From Octopus bimaculoides (taxonomy: Eukaryota): 64,000 nucleotides of DNA. The notes beneath the pieces are model-generated. The model had not been told where the DNA came from, ran no database searches, and worked only from the letters and a program-made list of their open reading frames with translations. Position numbers and translations under genes: made by a program. The stretch lies in the NCBI RefSeq assembly GCF_001194135.2, contig NC_069008.1, positions 16,286,354 to 16,350,353 on the forward strand, given 5' to 3'. Shown piece by piece: positions 11,372-22,923 of the stretch. Each line of letters begins with the position of its first letter. Position 1 is the first letter of the stretch.

Positions 11372-12166
11372 GATGTTTCTCCATCGAGTTATTCCCGTCA
11401 CTAAAACTTCATGTTGCCGAAAGTTATGCCAGAACACAGCGGTTGATACGTGAGAATAATATCGCTTTGGCAAATGAGAGTGGGAGCTTGTGTGTTTGAA
11501 ATATATTTCATTGAGAGGTTAGCAGACTGGTGACAATGAGCATAAGGTTAGCAATATTGATCAAAATGGTTTCATATTTTGCCACAAGGACAGCGATTTA
11601 GGGGGAAGGGGTCGAGTCGATTGTATTGAGCCCGGAGTTTTCATGGTACTTACTTCGGTAGAGATGGACTATATGTAATCTGAACCTCCCCTCCCCCCTT
11701 ATTTATTAATTTTTTTACGGAATGGAGATTCCGATTCTGAAAAAAAAATTTTTTGAAAAATTTCAATTCCCCCCCCCCGACCAAGCAGGCTATTTACATG
11801 CTAGAAATAACAGCCAAATCTCACAAAGCTAGTGTTAGGGTTAGGGTGAGGGTTACAGTCAGGGTTNNNNNNNNNNNNNNNNNNNNNNNNNNNNNNNNNN
11901 NNNNNNNNNNNNNNNNNNNNNNNNNNNNNNNNNNNNNNNNNNNNNNNNNNNNNNNNNNNNNNNNNNNNNNNNNNNNNNNNNNNNNNNNNNNNNNNNNNNN
12001 NTTAAAGGGGGGGGGGTATACCCAGATTACATATACTCCATATCCACCCTTACTTCTTCCACTGCAAAAGGAGTGAATGAAATAAAGTACCTCCGCGGAA
12101 TTTGAACTCATAACATAGCGATGGGGGGAATTTACCTCTAATCTGGAGAGCGGGCGGATTACATTT

Positions 12167-12310
12167 GTCACATGACACACCCTACTTCCGTTTCCGCTAC
12201 AACCTGCTTGACGCGGAAGAGGAATAGCGTGTTTTTGTGTGTCTTCACGGAATTTTGGTGTGAGTAAATATATTTTCACACCAAATATTGATTTGTATAG
12301 CATTACAGGT
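12167..12310 (+). promoter_or_regulatory. Promoter cassette and non-coding exon 1 of A2
   Basis: GTCACATGAC 12167-12176, ACTTCCG 12184-12190, donor at 12309, acceptor ends at 13945. Locally CpG-rich. Confidence 0.7.
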
Positions 12311-13755
12311 AAGATATACACACCTATCCATCGATTGATCGTACGTGCCGGATCTCTTATCTGGCTTCCAGAAATCCGGGAATACTTATACCGTGTATTG
12401 AGTGTTCGGTTCCGCCCTTCCCGTCTCTCAAGATGTCCAGGTTTTCAGCTTTACCCTTCGTGGGTCCCGGGGGACTGTGGCCTAACGTGCTGTCATCCCC
12501 TCTCTTTAGCTTCTCTGGTCATATCTAATTCAGATTGCTTTACTCCAGAGCACACAACACTACGCTACAGTGAGCCATGTTGAGCAGAATGTTCCTAAGT
12601 AGAGCACTATCATGCTATTAGCTGTCAGAAGTGAAAGTGCTCACTGCGAGTGAAGTATCTGTCTGTCTGCCTGTCGATTCTTTGGCTACTGACAGCTAAT
12701 ACCATGACTGGCCGGAGCGAGCTATATGTCTGTCTGTCTCTCTATCTATCTATCTATCTATTACTCAGGAAATATGTTTTTATATTAAATTTGTGTTTNN
12801 NNNNNNNNNNNNNNNNNNNNNNNNNNNNNNNNNNNNNNNNNNNNNNNNNNNNNNNNNNNNNNNNNNNNNNNNNNNNNNNNNNNNNNNNNNNNNNNNNNNN
12901 NNNNNNNNNNNNNNNNNNNNNNNNNNNNNNNNNNNNNNNNNNNNNNNNNNNNNNNNNNNNNNNNNNNNNNNNNNNNNNNNNNNNNNNNNNNNNNNNNNNN
13001 NNNNNNNNNNNNNNNNNNNNNNNNNNNNNNNNNNNNNNNNNNNNNNNNNNNNNNNNNNNNNNNNNNNNNNNNNNNNNNNNNNNNNNNNNNNNNNNNNNNN
13101 NNNNNNNNNNNNNNNNNNNNNNNNNNNNNNNNNNNNNNNNNNNNNNNNNNNNNNNNNNNNNNNNNNNNNNNNNNNNNNNNNNNNNNNNNNNNNNNNNNNN
13201 NNNNNNNNNNNNNNNNNNNNNNNNNNNNNNNNNNNNNNNNNNNNNNNNNNNNNNNNNNNNNNNNNNNNNNNNNNNNNNNNNNNNNNNNNNNNNNNNNNNN
13301 NNNNNNNNNNNNNNNNNNNNNNNNNNNNNNNNNNNNNNNNNNNNNNNNNNNNNNNNNNNNNNNNNNNNNNNNNNNNNNNNNNNNNNNNNNNNNNNNNNNN
13401 NNNNNNNNNNNNNNNNNNNNNNNNNNNNNNNNNNNNNNNNNNNNNNNNNNNNNNNNNNNNNNNNNNNNNNNNNNNNNNNNNNNNNNNNNNNNNNNNNNNN
13501 NNNNNNNNNNNNNNNNNNNNNNNNNNNNNNNNNNNNNNNNNNNNNNNNNNNNNNNNNNNNNNNNNNNNNNNNNNNNNNNNNNNNNNNNNNNNNNNNNNNN
13601 NNNNNNNNNNNNNNNNNNNNNNNNNNNNNNNNNNNNNNNNNNNNNNNNNNNNNNNNNNNNNNNNNNNNNNNNNNAAGTTACACAACTTTTCATCTGAAAA
13701 TGTTTTGTTTTTTTAAACCTAAAAGGCTTCTCCTATAGTTATCTCTGCTAGTGTG

Positions 13756-13793
<38 letters not shown>

Positions 13794-14377
13794 GTGACAC
13801 AATGTAAAGGTATAGTTGTAGTTTAGAAATTTTTAGATTTCACCCAATGTTATATGATGTCATTTGTTAATCAATAAAGAAATGTTGTAACATTTCCATT
13901 TTGATCTCTCCTCTATATCTAAATGCTGTTTCTTTATTATTTCAGATTAATGGATGACATTGGCACAAAACAACTTTTTAAAGTTTGGATACATCTGGAA
14001 TATTTATCATGTTTTAAAGACTAACAGAAAATGCTTTAGAGAAGAGATATAATAACCCAACTGTTAGAAATCTATGGCTGAATTACTGTGAAATATTTGC
14101 TCTGAGCAGAGATTCATAGCAACGTTTCTCCATTTTATTATCTGGTGCTTCTGCATTCTAATTAAACTTGAATATATTTCTAAAGCGGTTTGCAGCATCT
14201 TTAGGTATTGATAAAGGTCACAGTTGATAGCAGTAGAAATATTTCTAAGGAATAAATTATAACAAGAGAAAAAAAAAAAGGAAATTATATGTTGTGGTGA
14301 GAGAAGAAAGATAAGGGGAAAATTTGAATATTGGAAGAAACTTCAAAGGTTGGATTTAGTTTTTATCCCTTAGAGAA

Positions 14378-15241
14378 ATGTCAAAAGAATTAGGAAAATC
14401 ACAACATTGGTGTGAAATCTGTGGTAAATCATTCTTTAGAAGTACTGAACTAGTTAAACACATTCGTGTTCATACAGGTGAGAAGCCATTTCACTGTGAT
14501 ACCTGTGGTAAATCATTCTCTCTAAGTCATCACTTAACTGAACATAAACGTATTCACACAGGTGAGCGACCACATCACTGTGATATCTGTGGTAAATCAT
14601 TCTCTGCAAGTAGTACCTTAACTAAACACAAACGTATTCACACAGGAGAGAAACCATATCACTGTGATATCTGTGGCAAGGCATTCACTGAGAATGGTCA
14701 CTTACACAGACACAAACGTTTTCATACAGGAGAAAAGCCATTTCACTGTGTTACCTGTGGTAAATCATTCTCTGAAGGTAATGCCTTAACAACCCACAAA
14801 CGTATTCATACAGGAGAGAGACCGTATTGCTGCAATATCTGTGGTACATCATTTTCTGAATGCGGAGTCTTAGTAAGACACAGACGTATTCACACAGGAG
14901 AGAGACCATATCACTGTGTTATCTGTGGAAAATCATTCTCTGGAATTAATGACCTGACTAGACACAAACGTATTCATACGGGGGAAAAACCATATCACTG
15001 TGACACCTGTGGTAAATCATTCACTGCAAAACAAAACTTAATTAAACATAGACGTATTCATACAGGGGAGAAACCATATCACTGTGACATCTGTGATAAA
15101 TCATTCTCTCAGAGGAATGGCTTAACTAGTCACAAACGTATTCATACAAGAGAAAAACCATATTACTGTGATGTCTGTGGTAAATCATTCTCTCAGAGAA
15201 GTAAATTAACTAGACATGCATCTATCCATGTGAAAGTGTGA
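14378..15241 (+). CDS. C2H2 zinc-finger gene A2, 10 fingers
   Basis: Intact 287-aa ORF, MSKELGKSQHWC...QRSKLTRHASIHVKV*. Confidence 0.95.
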   Translation: MSKELGKSQHWCEICGKSFFRSTELVKHIRVHTGEKPFHCDTCGKSFSLSHHLTEHKRIHTGERPHHCDICGKSFSASSTLTKHKRIHTGEKPYHCDICGKAFTENGHLHRHKRFHTGEKPFHCVTCGKSFSEGNALTTHKRIHTGERPYCCNICGTSFSECGVLVRHRRIHTGERPYHCVICGKSFSGINDLTRHKRIHTGEKPYHCDTCGKSFTAKQNLIKHRRIHTGEKPYHCDICDKSFSQRNGLTSHKRIHTREKPYYCDVCGKSFSQRSKLTRHASIHVKV

Positions 15242-15647
15242 TTGTCAAAATTCATCAGAACACCCAACAACAGCCAATATTTCAAATCCGTTTCTCCTGT
15301 CAAATCATGGTTTAATCTTTGTGCCCTTAACAATAATCATTGACCCCCCCTGACAGTAACCAAAGTTACCCTTTTGAGAGAATTTATTACAGCCAAATGC
15401 CTTTCCTTATGTCAACCACTTCAGTAGATTCTTCCATGGCATTCACAGAGTTTAGTTGGAGAAGAGTTGCTTCTTAAAATCCATTCTATTCAGAAAATAA
15501 CTTGTAAACATAAATTTATTCACATAATTAAAAAAAATACATGAGTGTGATAACAAGCTGCTATCACTACATTTTATGTAGCCACTACATTGGCAAGATA
15601 ACATATTGTGATATTTCAAGTATAAATATATATATATATATAACATA

Positions 15648-15738
15648 CAGGGGTTGGACAAAATAATGGAAACACCTTACAATTTCAAACAAATTCATTT
15701 TGATATGGGGTAGGACTGCTTTTGGCAGTAATTACAGC
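15648..15738 (+). mobile_element. Tc1-like terminal fragment
   Basis: TA|CAGGGGTTGGACAAAATAATGGAAACACC terminus, plus subterminal TTTGGCAGTAATTACAGC. Confidence 0.6.
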
Positions 15739-16859
15739 ATACAAAAGTGTAACTATATCAATGTCAAAATTCATTGAGTTTCTTAACAACCAACATTTTA
15801 AGATCTTTTTCCCTGTTCGACCCTTAGTTAGTCCTGAGGTCTTAACAGTAATGTGTAAAGCCTTCACTTGAATCATAGTCATCATGGTTCTTTCTTTGAG
15901 GTACTATTTTCTGACCACATTATCTGTTTGTAGCCAGTTTAGTAGCCTCTTGCAACATACAAGGATGTGGGATTCTATCTGCATCCACTTCTGTTCTAAA
16001 CTGGATACAACTACTATGTCAAAATTGCTTCTAAAAATATGTACCTTATGTAACCATAAATAAAAATGTCTTATAGAACTGTAAATGTACACAGAACAGA
16101 TGATGTAGTCTTACTATATAAAGTATGTTGTCAGTGTGTGTGTCCTGTATGCATGGCTAAACCTCTGGATCAGTCTGTACCATACTTGATGTACATGCAT
16201 AATTTGGCCTGGGAAATGGTACCATCTTGATTTATATTTTTATTAAAAATACATAATATTGCTTTATATGTATATTAAAGATTCACGTCTTGAAACCATT
16301 TTGTCATTGTTAACTTCCTGTGTCTGACGTTCTGATGTAGTAACTAAGTAACCAGCTATTTACACACACACACATGTATGTATACATAATTACAATTGTG
16401 ATGATTTCTGATAAAAAAGAATTTCTACAGGTACTTTCAGTTTTTATCTTCTTCTCCAGATTGCTATTTGCCTATCTTTATGTATCGGTTCATTTCTGTA
16501 AAAATTTTCCATTGTCAACAAGTCTGCTTCATATATAAGATGTATTTGTGTGTATGTAAGTAGAATCTACACGGAGATAGGCGCCTCTTTTTCATGTCAA
16601 CAGGTTTGTTTAGAGATATATTAATGTGAGTGTCTGAATGAAAATACATTCAATGCGTAGATAGACGACTTGTTTTTTCAAATGTCAACAGGTGGGTGCC
16701 ATGCAGTTGTACTGGAGTCCAACTGCATGGCACTTTGGAGAAGTGTCTTCAACTGTAGCCCTGGGCCATCTAAAAGCCTTGTGACTGGATTTGGATGGCA
16801 GAATCTTTGAAGAAGTCTGTTGTGTATGTGTGTGAGTATCTCATCATCATTTAAAAACT

Positions 16860-17700
16860 ATGCAGAGTCGGGTGGGAGCGGGTGTAAATCTATATTAGAA
16901 AACATTTGTGTTACAAGCAATTCATACTAATTCTCCAGGAATTATTTATAAGCTGACACGTTTGTAAAGATAAACAATCATGGTTCAGTCTCTTGTCTTA
17001 GCTATCACACTCCGCTGTTTACATATGTGGAACTTATGCTACGTAGAGGCCCATACATTTTCTGCTTACCATTAGAATACTTGTTGGTGACCAGGATCCA
17101 CCCCTGGAATCAATTCGTAGAAATGTGCAACAATATGTGTAACAATAGCGATGCGAATAATTTGTGCTTTCGATTTAAAGTCCAGAAGGGTGAGGAAGTT
17201 CATTGATTGATTTGTTGTTGATTAATAGCCATATCTCCTGTCTTGTAAAATGGGGGACAACCAATTCACGATGTAAAGCTGTGATCAAATGGAATTTTTA
17301 ATCATGAAGCTGATAGAACATTGACCCTGAAGTACGGGTATTACTAAAGCAGAGTGCTCCCGAACACTCTAGCTAGTCGTGAGTGGTCGATCCTACAAAA
17401 AGTGCGCGTGTGCAAATGAATACATGTAATTAATGTTAAAGTTGCGCGTTCGGGACCACTCTGCTTTAGTAGTACCGAAGTATGTAGGTCACCCTGTTTT
17501 ATTCAAAAACATTAACGTTCACCTTAAAACGAGATAATTACTATATATAATATAATGAGATTTCGTTCAACTAATTAGAAACACGCCTAATAGGCAGTTT
17601 CGTTGATAACTCTTCCTTTGTTTGAAGGACATCGGTGGCGTATATTAAAAGTCCCCAACGTAATATATGTCCATGAAGAAACACCTTACATTATATCATT
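16860..17700 (-). pseudogene. Ghost of a B-type gene start and upstream module B
   Basis: Aligns to the B1 start and upstream region: fossil ATG 16923-16925, acceptor 16953, donor 17069, module B 17180-17700. No finger array follows. Confidence 0.7.
17337..17476. mobile_element. 140-bp MITE, GG...CC ends, 8-bp TSD (Merlin-like family 2)
   Basis: 29-bp TIR GGTAYTACTAAAGCAGAGTGSTCCCGAAC. TSD GAAGTACG/GAAGTATG. Empty sites in other module B copies. Confidence 0.85.
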
Positions 17701-17758
17701 GTACATCTTTAATTGTTTCTTACCCGTGGTAAATGCCAAACACATCATCCAGATAAAC

Positions 17759-18019
17759 CAGTGGTTCTCAACCATTGTACACATGACTCTTGGCTATGTC
17801 CACGTATGATTTTGCTGTTAAAGTTTATGTGCAATAAACTGGTTAAACTTCTACAATACACAAACCATTTTAGCAATTTTTTAAAATACAATTTCTAATA
17901 ATATTTAATTATAAAAGCATAAGGGGAATTTTTAAATCATCGATTGGCTGTGAGTCTACACGAGTAAAACAGGAAACGAAAGGGGTCATACGTAAAGGAA
18001 AAAACGTTGAGAGTCACTG
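17759..18019. mobile_element. hAT/Charlie-like MITE
   Basis: CAGTGGTTCTCAAC...GTTGAGAGTCACTG ends. TSD poorly preserved. An internal piece recurs at 46610-46690. Confidence 0.6.
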
Positions 18020-18559
18020 GGCTAAGCAGTAATTTCTTATTAAGAAGGGAGTCTCGACATGGTCACTGAAGCTGCTAAAATAGCAGCCAAATACCTTCTA
18101 CCATCATGTAATATTGAAAGAAGGATTTTGGTCGTATGTCTGGGTACTAAACTGACTGATACAACATAATTACTTGAGCTCTGCTAATTAAAAACACCTA
18201 CAGTTGGCAATGGCGTAAATAATTTGATAATTTTTCCTTCGTTTCAAGATCTCAACATCATTCAATACATTCAGAAACGCCTTTCATTCGGAAGATTTTA
18301 TTCTATTTATACAAACAGGATGAGTGACCACTTTTCGACACTTCCTTCTATCGACATGTTTCTACGTCCAGTTATCCCCACCAACATTCACTAAAACTTT
18401 ACGTCCACGAAAGTCATGGCATTTAATACGTGAATTTAATTTGATGTCTGCAGGGAGTCAACGGAAGTGCAAGCTTGTGTGTTAGAAATATATGTCTGAT
18501 AGATTAATAATAGATCGGTGACTATGAACATAAGTATAGCAATGTTAATCATAATGGTT

Positions 18560-18768
18560 TCAAATTTTGCTACAAGAGCATCGATTAAGGGAGAAGGGGT
18601 GAGTCGATTACATAAGAGCCCAACGTTTCCATGGTATTTATTTCATCGATCCCCAAAAGATGAAAGATAAAGCCGACCTCAGCGAAGTTTGAACTCAGAA
18701 CGTAGCGATGGGAGAAATACCACTAAACATTCCGTCCAGTGCGCTACCGATTCTGCCAGATCGCCGTT
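18560..18768 (-). mobile_element. tRNA-derived SINE (GAGCTGGCAGAA family), old copy shared by duplication units
   Basis: Paralogous to 5190-5370 and 11585-11650 within a shared upstream block. Confidence 0.6.
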
Positions 18769-18880
18769 TTAAGCAATGTTATTCAGAATGAAATATCAAA
18801 TATATCTTTTAGAAGATCACCACCACGGCCGATGGAGACAATAATGAAGATTCGTTTATCAGAGCCAGATGTTAACCACA

Positions 18881-19133
18881 GTAACCATGGTGATTTGCAT
18901 CATAATATTATTATTATTATTATTTCCTTATTTCCCTTTATCTTAACATTCTTGGTTTTATTTACTAGAGAGCGGTGAGTTTACTTTTGTCACATGACAC
19001 ACCCTACTTCCGTTTCCGCTAGAATCTGCTTGACTCGGGAGATTAAACAACGTGTTTCTGTATGTTTCCACGGAGATTTGGTGTGATTGAATATATCTTC
19101 ACACTAAATATTGATTTGTATAGCATTACAGGT
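18881..19133 (+). promoter_or_regulatory. Promoter cassette and non-coding exon 1 of A3
   Basis: GTAACCATGGTG 18881, ATTTGCAT 18893-18900, GTCACATGAC 18989-18998, ACTTCCG 19006-19012, donor 19132, acceptor ends 20014. Confidence 0.7.
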
Positions 19134-19559
19134 AAGATATACACACCCATCCATCGATTAATCGTTCGTGCCGGATCTCTTATCTGGCTTCCAGAAATCC
19201 GGGAATACTTATACCGTGTATTGAGTATTCGGTTCCGCCCTTCCTGCCTCTGAAGATGTCCAGGTTTTCAGCTTTACACTTTGTGGGTCCTGAGGGACTG
19301 TGGCCTTCCGTGCTGTCACCCCCCTCTCTTTAGCTTCTCTGGTCATATCTAATTCAGATTGCTTTACTCCAGAGCACACAACACTACGCTACAGTGAGCC
19401 ATGTTGAGCAGAATGTTCCGGTATTCTTTCGATTTGACTCGAAATAAAGCAAAACATTACAATCGGTTGTTTCCGTGAAAAGCACGTTGTCTTGTCGACT
19501 TTCAGTTGACGAAACGGGAGGAGGAGGAGAACGCTAATGGGTTGTACGTGCGTGCTTGT

Positions 19560-19720
19560 TCTTGTTTGCATCATCATCCAGTGTTTTTAATCTGGGTCTT
19601 GTCCCTGTTAATTCGGGGGTAGCCGAATCTACCATAGAAACTATCCTCATACAATCTCGCCACTGTGTCCTGATTTGGGCATCCTCCTTTTGCAAACCAA
19701 TCCTTCCAGTCCCCTCCACC
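19560..19720 (-). mobile_element. RTE LINE 3' end fragment in intron 1 of A3
   Basis: Minus translation GLQKEDAQIRTQWRD resembles RTE ORF C-termini. Ends in GATGATGATG. Confidence 0.55.
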
Positions 19721-20433
19721 TTTTTCTCAGTTTACTATATCAGCTGTGCTGATTCTGCCCGTAAAAAAGGAACAAATAATACAATATGGCTGTAGGCCAT
19801 AACCATGTAGTGCCGGAATGAATTCCTAGTGTGTGTGTGTATACATTTATACACACACATGTGAAAACACAATGTGAAGGTGTAGTTGTAGTTTACAAAT
19901 TTTTAGATTTCATCCAATGTTATATGATGTCATTTGTTAATCAATATAGAAATGTTACAACATTCCCATTTTGATCTCTCCTCTATATCTAAAACTGTTT
20001 ATTTATTATTTCAGATTAATGGATGACATTGGCATAAAACAACCTTTGTACATTTGAGACATCTGGAATACTTATCATTGTTTCAAAAACTAAAGGAAAA
20101 TGTTTTAGAGGACAAATATAACCCAACTGCTATAAATCTAGACTGGAATTCCTGTGAAATATTTGCTCTGAACGAAGATTCATAGAAACATTTCTGCATC
20201 TCATTATCTGCTGCTTTTGCATTCTAATTAAACTTGATTTTATTTCTAAAGCAGTTTGCAACATCTTTAGATATTGATAAAGGTCACAGTTGATAGCAGT
20301 AGAAACATTTCTAAGGAATAAATTATAAGAAGAAAAAGGAAATTGTATCTTGTGGTGAGAGAAGAAAGATAAAGGAAAAATTTAATACTGTGAGAAACTT
20401 CAATAGTTGGGTTGATTTGTATCCTCTAGAGAA

Positions 20434-21234
20434 ATGTCAAAAGAATTAGGAAAATCACAACATTGTTGTGAAATCTGTGGTACATCATATCCTAGACGTA
20501 GTGAGTTGGTTAAACACATTCGTGTTCATACAGGTGAGAAGCCATTTCACTGTGACATCTGTGGGAGATCATTCACTCAGAACGGTAGCTTAAGTAAACA
20601 CAAACATATCCACACAGGAGAGAAACCATATCACTGTGATATCTGTGGTAAATCATTCTCCGCAAAAGCTAACTTAACCATACACAAACGTGTTCATACA
20701 GGAGAGAAGCCATTTCACTGTGTTATCTGTGGTAAATCATTCTCTGACTGCAGAATCTTAAGAAGACACAAACGTATTCACACAGGAGAGAGACCGTATC
20801 ACTGTGATATCTGTGGCAAGGCATTCTCTGGAATTAATAACTTGACTACACACAAACGTATTCATACAAGGGAAAAACCATATACTTGTGATATCTGTGG
20901 CACATCATTCTCTGATTCCAGAATCTTAAGAAGACACAAACGTATTCACACAGGAGAGAGACCGTATCACTGTGATATCTGTGGTAAATCATTCTCTAGA
21001 ATTAATAACTTGACTACACACAAACGTATTCATACAGGGGAAAAACCATATGCTTGTGATATCTGCGGTAAATCATTCACTGCAAATAGTACCTTAATTC
21101 AACACAAACGTATTCATACAGGAGAGAAGCCATATAACTGTGATATCTGTGGCCTCTCATTCTCTCGAAATAGTGCCTTAACTAAACACAAGCTTATACA
21201 TACAGGAGAGAAACTATATCACTGTGATTTTTGA
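20434..21234 (+). CDS. C2H2 zinc-finger gene A3, 9 fingers, terminal finger deleted
   Basis: 266-aa ORF ends LYHCDF* where the sequence jumps into a downstream fossil also seen at 38630. Confidence 0.88.
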   Translation: MSKELGKSQHCCEICGTSYPRRSELVKHIRVHTGEKPFHCDICGRSFTQNGSLSKHKHIHTGEKPYHCDICGKSFSAKANLTIHKRVHTGEKPFHCVICGKSFSDCRILRRHKRIHTGERPYHCDICGKAFSGINNLTTHKRIHTREKPYTCDICGTSFSDSRILRRHKRIHTGERPYHCDICGKSFSRINNLTTHKRIHTGEKPYACDICGKSFTANSTLIQHKRIHTGEKPYNCDICGLSFSRNSALTKHKLIHTGEKLYHCDF

Positions 21235-22029
21235 AGGCGGAGAATCTGGATGTTCTCTCTGTAGAAGTGAAATTTTGTCATAAACATGGTCATGCTGCAC
21301 AGTAACAAGGGACCTGGTTGAATGGAGAAGAACGCAGATGCCATGAACTGTACTGCGAATATCCTCGGTCAATGTAATAAGCTTTGCAATGACATCTTTA
21401 CCAAATTTGTTGAGACTGGAGAAATTTCGGTGCGGAAGATGGCTGGGAATCATAATCCAAAGACTTCAGTAGATCCTGATCTTCATCTAAATCTAAATTG
21501 GTGATTCAATACTGTTGCTCTTTAAATATTCACAGAGATTTTTCTCTGGTGGATATCTATACCACTGATATTGTTTGGAAGACCTTAGAAATTCTGTGAT
21601 GGTGATGGTGTTCAAAATACATGAAACCAATTCCAAGACAGACATTCATCGCAGTGGAATCCCCTCATTTCACCTGGACTGTCACTCATTAGTGTGTGTA
21701 TTAATTGTTCTCCACTGCTTGTTACATTAATCTCCCCCTCTCCCCCAATCAACCAAACTACACCTCTTCACACACTACAATCCCTTTCCCTCCACCTGCT
21801 CCCCATTTATTTACGTTGTTTAGAAAAAAAAAATTCATTTTGTTCACAAAAATTTAATTTAAAAAAAAGTGTATGTAGTTAACAAAAACTGGTAGTGTGT
21901 TATTTTTATTCGATTTGTTTTTTTTAAAATTTATTTACGTTGTTTAGAAAAAAATATTTATTTACTTTGTTTAAAAAAAATTATTGTTTAATTATTATAT
22001 TTGTTTACAAAAAAAAATGGTATTTTTGA

Positions 22030-22189
22030 TATATATTCAGCCGTAAAAACGCGCGCATGCACTAAATTGCATACGCGCACATGTATTCATTTGCATATGC
22101 GCACTCGCGCTTGTTGTAGGATCGACTACTCACGACTAGCTAGCGCGGAAGCGACTGCGCGTTGGGGACCACTCTTCTTTAGTAGTACC
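22030..22189. mobile_element. Partial copy of Merlin-like family 2
   Basis: Matches the reverse complement of 17337-17476 and ends ...CTTTAGTAGTACC. Other end not found. Confidence 0.6.
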
Positions 22190-22686
22190 CTACTGCAGAC
22201 CTTAGAAGCAAGGAAGTGTCTGGGATTGTAGTTAAATCCTGTCTATGAAGTGTTCGTGTCAAGGTGAATTGTTCGAGCCTCAAATGCTTTACATCTATTG
22301 TAGATCCATACATACATACATGTGCATGCACACTGACCCCCACACATGCGCACAAACAAAAAGAAAGCAGCTCGGATAACGGACATTCAATGACTATTGA
22401 AAAGGTTGCAAGACTCAACGAAAATTATAGGAGAAATAAATAAGTAACTGAGTGGAAACTTTAGCGGTGAGTGTGTTAATTAACAAAGCACTAAAATAGA
22501 ATGAGTCTCTCCAGACAAAACGAAATATGCTTCGACACACGAACTCACATAAAGAATCTTGCAAACCAAATCCAAAAACGAAATCACAATGAAGTATAAA
22601 ATATATCTTTCTTTCTAGAACATCACAACCAAGGCCGGTGCTGACAATAATAAAGATTCGTTTATCACAGCCAGATATTTACCACA

Positions 22687-22923
22687 GTAACCATGGTGAT
22701 TTGCATCAAAACATTACTATTTCCTCCCCCCGTTATCTTAATATTCTTGGTTTTGTCTACTAAAGAGCGGTGGGATTACTTTAGTCACATGACAAACCGT
22801 ACTTCCGTTTCCGCTATTTGATTCGGGAGGAAAACAATTACGTTTTTTTGTATATTTTCACGGAGACTTGGTGTGATTGAATATATCTTCACACTAAATA
22901 TCGATTTGTATAGCATAACAGGT
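22687..22923 (+). promoter_or_regulatory. Promoter cassette and non-coding exon 1 of A4
   Basis: ATTTGCAT 22699-22706, GTCACATGAC 22784-22793, ACTTCCG 22801-22807, donor 22922, acceptor ends 24750. Confidence 0.7.

Noticed and set aside
11835-11866. True telomere or chromosome-fusion scar
   Set aside because: The run is short, degenerate and gap-adjacent, and similar runs occur inside MITEs.
12239-12583. Similar short ORFs in each promoter cassette (IDLYSITGKIYTPIHRL...)
   Set aside because: They read through the conserved GTAAG donor and differ in start and length between copies. Better explained as non-coding paralogy.
12650-13738. Long ORFs spanning N runs (also at 32-36, 42, 48, 54 and 62 kb)
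   Set aside because: Artefacts of translating Ns.
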